Source of the DNA: a virus
Lineage: Duplodnaviria > Caudoviricetes
Direction: 5' to 3' (one strand)
Virus record (IMG/VR): IMGVR_UViG_3300032301_000632
Span: 1-64,000 of that record
Length of the DNA: 64,000 nucleotides
Shown: in pieces, positions 41,301 through 50,300 of the stretch
How positions within the stretch are numbered: the stretch's first letter is position 1
How the letters are laid out: each line of letters opens with the position of its first letter
Translations under genes and position numbers: made by a program
The notes under the pieces: generated by a model
Seen by the model: only the letters and a program-made list of their open reading frames with translations
Database searches by the model: none
Told to the model about the DNA's origin: nothing

Positions 41301-44300
41301 AGCCAAACCTAATCCAAAGGTCATACCTACTATTGCTCGTGTAGCCCCTGCTCCTGATAACATTGATGCTGCAAAACTAATAAATGTTGAGCTGGCTTCG
41401 ATTAATTCATGCGCTCTAGCTTTTTTAAATGTCTGTTCTACATCTTCTGGATTAGCATAATAAGTTGCATAGGCTTTAGATAAATTATGGAATGTTTGAT
41501 GTGTACTAGCTCCTCTGTATACATCTAATCCCATTGTTAGGATTTCTAACTGTCCAAATATTTCTTGAAAGCCTCGTCCTATTCTTGAAGCTACATGTTT
41601 AGCTTTAGGTAAAACAACGTTTCTTAAACTAAACATTTTATCTTTAGCTACAGCTTTTGCATAGGCTGGGATATTCTCAAAGTTATTTATAATATCTCCT
41701 ACAGTGTGAGTCATAGATGGTCTAACTTTAGTTGTGGGTATAAACTCATCTACATCATTGAAGGCTTCCATAAACCTTCTAGGCATAGACTTTAACTGTT
41801 TACCCATGTCTTTAATATCATCTAAGACTAGCTGAGCTCTAGGACTCATAGATTTGTATACACGATGACTAGCCATATCAACTTCTTCTCTAGCCCACGA
41901 TTTTAAAGTAGGTTCAGATGAAGTTACTTTTGGTGCTTCTTCTGTAGGAGCTTCAGTACCTGTATGCAATCTACCGTGTAAAGCTTGGTTCTCAATAGCT
42001 TTAGCTGTTTTCAATCTTTGAGACATCTCTCGTCTCAATTTAGACGCATTATCTGCTACGTTACTTCTATTATTTTTAACTAAATTATCTATATAATCAG
42101 TATCGCCAGTTTTAATAGCTTGCCCAACTTCCTGGTGAACAGCTAATGTCTCTTCTAAAGAGATTAATCTTATCTCAGCTTGAGTTAACTGTGTTGTAGA
42201 ACTATTTATTCTACTCATGGTACGGTCTAAAGCTAAGTTGTTTATACTTCTTTGTAAGACTAAACGTCTAGATTGAATGTTAGTTAATTCTCTACCACCA
42301 AATTTTCCATGATAGCTACTTTGATATCTAGAGGTTATTCTAGAGACAGGCATTGTATCGCTTTGTGCCCATCTATAACCTGCATCAGGGGTATCCGCTT
42401 TTATAGTTGTACGTAGTAAATCATCTACATCATCAGCTGAACTTGTTCCAAAGCCCTTGCCCATACCGTAATTGGGAGATAGTTTACTAGACCCTAAATT
42501 AACTTTAGAAGTTTTAAACTCAGCTCTACCAGTTTCTAATTTAGCGATCGCTGCTCTAGTTTGTTTATTTATTGAGGGGGCTGCTTTTAGTTTTTCGTTA
42601 TACTCGTTTGTTAATTCTATATATTGTTCTGCTCCATCATCAAAATTAGCAAATCTATTGTGACTAAAAGTTTCATGAAAAGCTTGAGATGCTTTAGTAT
42701 TAGCATCCAGCTCAGTACGATAAACAGTCTTTACGTATTCTTGTGTAATAGTCTCTCCAGCATCTTTTAGTTCTTTAATATGTTTTAAAGTACTCTCTAA
42801 TGATATTCTCTCAATATATTTTACAAATTTAATTCTATCTGCTTTTCCAATCCCTGTACTTAAAGTACTTAGTAGCTTTTTCTGTATTCCTTTGGTCATT
42901 AAAGTATCCTGACTAGTTACTGTTAAATGGTGACTATACTCATGAAATACTTTAAATGCTGAAGAGTTGTATACACTCTCACTTAGTTCTTTAGATGAGC
43001 CCGCTACTACCATTCCTCTATTTCTATTAGCTAATGATTTAGTAGCTTTATGACTTAATTCAATTTGTTGTTCATCTATTAAATAAGCAGTAGACTTTCT
43101 GCTTAATCCAACTGTAGGCCTATTAGGATTATTTAATGGGTTATCTGGATTAAGTTTATTATGAGCTTTATCGTATAAATCAAACAGGGAAGACAACTCA
43201 CGTTTAGCAGCAGGTTTATAGCCAAACCATTTAGTTGCTAATTTTTTATCAGTTTCAGATAATCCTATTTCAAAGTTATCTCCAAATCTAGTTCTACTCT
43301 CAAGACTAGAGAAATGAGCAAATGCTTTAGAGGCTGCTAATGCACCTACTGCTACTACTGCACTTCCCCAATAATTAGGTTTAACAGGTTTTAGTCTATT
43401 AACTGCACTACCAACTACAGCTTGATTATATAAGCCTTGTCTACGTTTTAATTCATTAGCTAATAAATTAGATATACGGTAATTAGAAGGACCAAAGCTA
43501 TCTGATATTCTTCCCCCTACTGAGTTAGATGAGAAGTATCTTTCATATAAAGCTTGTTCTCTATCTCCTGATACTTGTCCTAATAATAGAGGGTCAACTA
43601 CTCCTTGAAGATTAGGCGCAGCCATAGCCATTTTGATATTATCTAGTATATATCTAGCATCATCTTTTTTCTTGTATAGTTCCGCTGAATAAGCTGTAAA
43701 CATTGGTAAAAACATAGAAGCTACCATTGATTTACCGAACCATTCATTTTGCATACCATCCCACATCTCTGCTATAACTGGACCGATATACTGGGAACTA
43801 ATATAGTTTATAGGTTTAGCTAGTAAATTTAATGTTTCTCCAATAGGGGTAGTAACAATTTTAGCTAAAAGAGATACAGGTTTTTGCAGTATATTTCCCT
43901 CTAAAGACTTAGATAAACTTCCACTAGGGTCAATCATAAAGTCTGTTAATTTACCTAACGCTACCTCTTCTTCTTGATACGCATTAGGGTTTTTAGAGTA
44001 TCTTAATATCTGTGCACCTGCTACTAAACCAAACCCTAATACTAAAGCAATAGGACCAGATAAACCAGCCATAGCTATTAAAGTAGATGAGCCTACAGAT
44101 AAGCCTAAACTGATAATAGATCTCATCGCAGCTACACCGCCCGCTCGTCTCATATACGGGTCTTGATTTTTATCTACCATTAAAGCTGCACCTTCTAAAA
44201 CTTCATAAGAAGGTACTATAGAAGACATCCACACCCTACTAGCTTCTGCTAAGCCCATTCCTGCATCTAAAGTAGAATTAATAAAACCTGTTGACCATTG

Positions 44301-47300
44301 CTTATTACTACTAGACGTTACTCTAGGTTCAGACACATTTACAGTTTGTTGAGCTCTCTGAAATGTGTTAGCTCTTCTTGTATACAATGTACTGTTACTT
44401 CTCGATAAATCGTATCCTGTACCTGCTATTGGGTCTTCTACATATTGAACTAGTTTAGATACTGCTTTAGTTTTACCTATAATATTCTGTAATCTAGCAT
44501 TTCTCTTTTGTATAGATTCACTAACAAAGTTAGTGTCAAACTCGTCTACCTCAGAGGCTAATAGTTTAGCAAACCCACCTTCTCCATCAAATAGATCATC
44601 TAAAAACCCTTCTATTGATTCAGCAGGTCTTGAGTATAATACTTCAAATAATGAAATCTGAGACCCTTTGACTGCCGGGCGCATTAATGCTTTCTTTAGA
44701 CTTTCTCTAGCTCTTGCTGAGCTATTAACTAAATTCTCTAATGCTTGTGGTCTACCTATACTAGGGTCAACTGATTGTTTGACAAATATATCAATATTCT
44801 TAACTGTCTCTTTATTAATAATATAGTTAGTAGTATCTATTAAACCACCATGTCTATGTTTTAGATTAGCTAATAAATTATTAGTACTTGTACCTTCAGG
44901 ACTAGCTTGCTGTAAATCGGCAAAGCTTCCTAAAATAGAACCAGTATTACCGGGACGTTTTTTATTTAACAAAACAATCCGCTCATCACCATCTACCATT
45001 GTTGTACTAAATGAATAGTTCTTTTTATTTAGTGCATATTTAGTTTGATTTAAAGTAGCTTGCTCTATCAACTCTAACTCAGATTTCTCTTTAGCTAGAT
45101 TATTAATTGCGGATAGAGTAGTAATACCAGCTAAAGCATAAGTCCCGTATATAGCAGCAGTCAATAAAGGAGATAACCAAGAAAATCCACTACGGTCACC
45201 CAAAGTAGTAATTAACTCATGACCTGTAATAATTTCTTTTATAGCACGGGCATTAAATGCACTTTCATTTAGAAATGTTTCTAAATCACTAGCTCCTGCT
45301 CCTGAGATTTGATGTTGTCCAGAAGCTAGTTCAATCTTAATTTTTGCTTCAGATGGATTTGATATAGGGACCATCCACTTAGCTTTTCCTATAGATTGTA
45401 GTGGATTATATGAACGTTTAAACTTCTCACCAGGTATAGTTGAATCTCTTAAATCACCAGACAAAATAAGACTCATTGTTATATCCCGATACAACTCATC
45501 AGACCTTTGCCAGGTCATCCAACTCATTCTATTTTGTCTTAAACTTAATTCTCTACTTACTAATGAGCTAGCTTGAGATGCTTCAGAGGCAGATATACTA
45601 GTATCTACCACCATTGGTGTAGCTCTAGCAGTGCGTGACCTAATCCATAATTCCAATCTAGGGTCATATCTATGATCAGAGGCTATTTTAGCATGTTCAG
45701 AAAAGTCATGTCGCTCTCTAGCCATAAAGTAACTACTAGTTGATAAGTCAGAGAACTCAGATGCTAATTGAGCATATCTAGCTGTATGGTCAGGTTTAAA
45801 GCTAGTACCAAATGGACCTAATGGGTCAGCAAAGAATGGATCAGACCTATCAGAGTAGGCATTCATATCTAAGATATTAAATGTTAATTTTTTAAAGATA
45901 TTACCGAAAAACTTCTTAGCTCTACCATGTTTTTCTCTAGGTTCTAATCCCCACTGTCTTTCTATAGTATTTTCTCCACCACCTAGAACTTTTAGAGTGG
46001 GTCCAATAATAGGTAGACTCTCAAATGCCCTAGAAACATTCTCTGGCAAGAGATTAGTAATAGCACTTGCAACTACAGTTGTTAGAACATAAGCTGTAGC
46101 TGCTGCTTTTACTCTACCTCTCATAGAAACAAATTCTAGGTTAGCTGGTCTTCTAATAGTTGGGTGACTAATAATAGCGTCCTCAACTATTTTAGGTGCA
46201 GCTATTTCTTTAGCCATATTTGTATACAGAGGATTTATTGTTCTTTTAACAGGTGTCGCCCCTTCTTTTATTCTGTATACATCTTCACTAATTAGCTGTT
46301 GTATATTCTTCTCTGCTACTGTAGTGTCTAATGTTTTTAATCCATTATCTTTTACTAAATCATAAGCAAATGCTCTTCTAGTAAATTTTACTTTATCAAC
46401 AGCTGGTATATCCCTAGCTATATGTCTCTGCTCATTATATAAAATTTGTTGTAATTCATACTTAGATGCAAATGCACCTGAGCTATCCAATGCATAACCT
46501 AAACCTAAACCAATCCCTAATGTAGCTTGAAACTGTTCAACACCTGTAGTTAACTCATGGTCATTATATCCTGAACCAGGTTCAGATATCATTCTACCAA
46601 AGGCTAATGCTAAATAATATGGTGCTGCTTTTCTAGTAGCTCTAGTTATTTTAGTTAACTGTTGTGGTTTTAAATCTTTAGCTGCATAACCTGCATACGC
46701 TAATCCAACTGCTGAACTTACTTTTAATCCTAATTTTGCTACATCAACTGCTTTATTGTATACATCATTATCTGTATCTGAAGGTATTAAATCAATAGAC
46801 GAACTTATAGCAGAATATAGTGCTGCCGCTACTGGTAGAGCGATCGCTTTATTTCCGAATGTAGCTCTTAATGCTTTAGCAGAACCATAAGCATAGTGTG
46901 CTGGTACTGTCATTAAGTTAGCTACGGTATCTTTTAAGATATACTTAGTTGCTTTAAATGGTATACTATTTACTACTCTAGCAATACCACTGCTTTCTCT
47001 ACTAATTATTTTTTTAGCAATATCTAATTTTAAAAGAGGCTTAGTAGCAAAACCTAATAATGCTACCATACCTATATCATTTAAACCACTCTCAAAAGAC
47101 GAGTCTTGCTCATAAGCTAAACTACTCCCCCCTGTAAATAAACTACTCGACACATTAGCTAAAACCTGAAATGTATCTCGTGCAGATAATTGGTCGGCAA
47201 TATATTTATTTTGTTCAGTCTTTTCTTCATGTGTAGGTTTACGGTCAGTTAATCTAACAGAGAAAGGTAACGTTGGGCTCATACCTAAACCTAGTACAGG

Positions 47301-50300
47301 AGATAACTGAAATGCAATACCAAAGGTTATTTTTCTAGTATTAGTATTTTCTGTATGCTCAACTCTAGCTAGAGCAGCTATTTGGAAGAATGGTAAAGTG
47401 GCTTGAGTAGCTACATTATAAATGCGATCGCCTATCTTCTGAGTACGTAGTGAATTCTCAGCCATTAACTTAGCCATAGTTAAATGGGCTATATCTCCTT
47501 TTGTTCTAGCATAAGGTAGATTCTCCGAAACATTTCTTTCTAAAATAGAGGACAATAAAGCACCTGTCTCTTCATACTCTATATCTTCTCTAGGGTCATT
47601 CCCATAAAATTTATTTAGCATAGAAGCAAACATCTTTGCCCCTTGCTTTGCTGCTAATACTCCTAACAACCCTACCCCAATAGCTAGGTTAGTATTAAAT
47701 TTAAGCTTCTGATGTACAGGTTGAGTATACCTAGATAGATTCTTATTGTACTCTTTTAGATTAGTTAACACTCTACTATCTGCCTCAAAAGCATCAACAG
47801 AGCTAACTTTATTTTCTAAAAACTCATATCTAATTTTATGTACATCTAGTGGGTCTAAAGATACTCTAGGTTTTTCTAAAGTACCTATATCTTCTATTCT
47901 AGGAAATAATACCCCTGCACTTACCCCAGCTACTAAACCAGTTCCTAAAGCTAAAACTGTTCCTGGCTCACCTTGAAATTTAAATTTAGCAATTGGGTCA
48001 CCACTAGTGTCATCCATCTCCATGCGTGCTCGTAATTGAGTGAAGATATCTACACCACTTTGCAGTGTAGTCCAACCTAGTGCAGCATCAACCATTAAAG
48101 CTAAGCCAACACCTTTAGCTATAGTCTTTGTTCTAGCTATCTGTTTGTATATATCAGAATTTGGATTTTTGATTAGATGTGGAGCTTTTAATATAGCATT
48201 TGATGCTTTTGTATTTTTATCAAATGGAGAAACTTTTTCTGTATGTGTAGAATAGCCTCTACTAGATGCATAATCTCTAAAAGTGTTCTGTAGATTATCA
48301 TTAGCTCTTATAAACTCTGCAAATTCAGTAGAGTCTACTATAGATTTTAATGACTTATCAGCATCAATAATTCTTCTAGACTCATTGTCTAATGCACTGA
48401 TATAACCAGCTTCTGTTTGAGCATAGGGAGGGAAAGACATCTTATCTGCAAATGCTCCCCAGTTAGATTCTCCCACTTTAGCTTTTAATGTGTTATACGC
48501 TCGTTGGTAATCAGCATCGGCCTGCCAAGTTTTTCTAACTTGTTTTAAACTATCTTTTATTTGAGAAGGTATACTCTTAACTGTATCTATAAATTGTCCA
48601 ACTCTACTTTTAGCCGAGCTTTTCCATTTAGGTACAAAAGTAGAGTATATAGAGTTTACAGTATCACTAACCCAGTTTACTGATTCTTCTAATGAGAATA
48701 CATCCCCCCAGACGATATTCTTTCTTGGGTCAAAGTCAGGTAATTTTAAAGCTTCTTTAAATCCTGGCATCCAGTACGCCATATTTAAAGGTAATAATAG
48801 ACCTACTCTATCTAAAGTCTTTGCAATAGAAGCTACCCTTTGATATCCTACCGCTCCAAATTGAACTTTATTTAAACTTAGTCCGCCAGCTGAATTTTTA
48901 AACTGTAGATAAGGCATCTCTTTAACTGTTAAAGAAATCTCATCAATTGAGGCTTTGTATACAGAACTCAAATATTTATCATTTGTATACGGATTTATTG
49001 ATTCCAGTAAAGGCTTTAATACTGTGTCAAACCTACTCTCATCAAAAGTTCGTATATGTTTCTGAATAGAGAATAAACTTAGTTCATCACCTAATTCTAT
49101 TTTTCCACTACTCCCCGCTGCTACAACTTTATCTTTAGCTCCAGTAACTTCAAATGACTGTCTTAAACCTAATAAATCATTTATTATAGCTTCTGAATAA
49201 TTATTTGCTTTTGAAAGAAATTTAATCTCATCTGGGGTTTTATTCATCATAGCTGTAAAGTTAGATATATTAGCAGCTACTGCCCCAGGAGTATCTGCAT
49301 ATTTTGTTGCTACATTTATTAATCTTCCATAAGTAGAACCAAATACAAAGTTTCTTGTACTGTCTATAATTCGACTGTATCCAGATCTACCATTATTATG
49401 TTCTAACAATTTAGATAATGCTTCAGTTTCTAACTTTCCTTTAAAGTGTTGGAAAGGTAATGAAATACCAATATATGTACCAATAGCTAAAGATATACTA
49501 GATGTACTATCGTAAACTGTACTTAGTAGACTCTCAAAAAACCCCTCATCTATTTTTTTAGGTTCGTTCTCAACTATATTAAATAACTTTTTAATTGAGC
49601 CAATACCACCTCTAGACTGTTCGGCTTTAAATTCTTTATACTCATAATGCCCAAAAACAGTATCTATAATTCTACCTGTAGTCTTTAATGCACTACCAAT
49701 AACATTATAATCATCGTGATATACTTCAGCGTTAAATAGACGATTTATACGCTGACCTAAATTAGGTTTAGATATTTCCCTATCTAATTTTTTTATAGCT
49801 TCAGGAGTTTTTGCTTTATCCGTTCTAGCTAGATATAGATTACTAAAAGTACTAACTAAAGGAGTTTGTTCATTATATGCGTATTGCTGAAAGAACTCAT
49901 CTGGCATAGATAGTGGATAATACCCCATAGTATCAGTCTGTATAGATGGGTCTACACTATCACGTATAGGCACTCGATATAATTCTAATGTACCTTTACG
50001 ATTCATAATCATTTCTGTATGAGATACTTTCCTGGCGTTCTTATTTTTATTCTTAACTTCGTTAAAACCATAATCTGAAATTAAAGAGTCAGTTTGAGCA
50101 ACTACCTGGTCAGCTTCTGCTCCATCTAGTCTCAACATTAATTCTTGAACTCTGTTAGTAAAAGATTCTCTAGTAAAGTTATTAGCCCCAACTAAAGCTA
50201 TACTTTTACTACCTGTAATTGAAAATCCTTTAGCATGTAAAAAGGTAGGGTCATCTTCATCTTGAGATACAACTTTAACACCTGAAGCTTGCAATCTATC

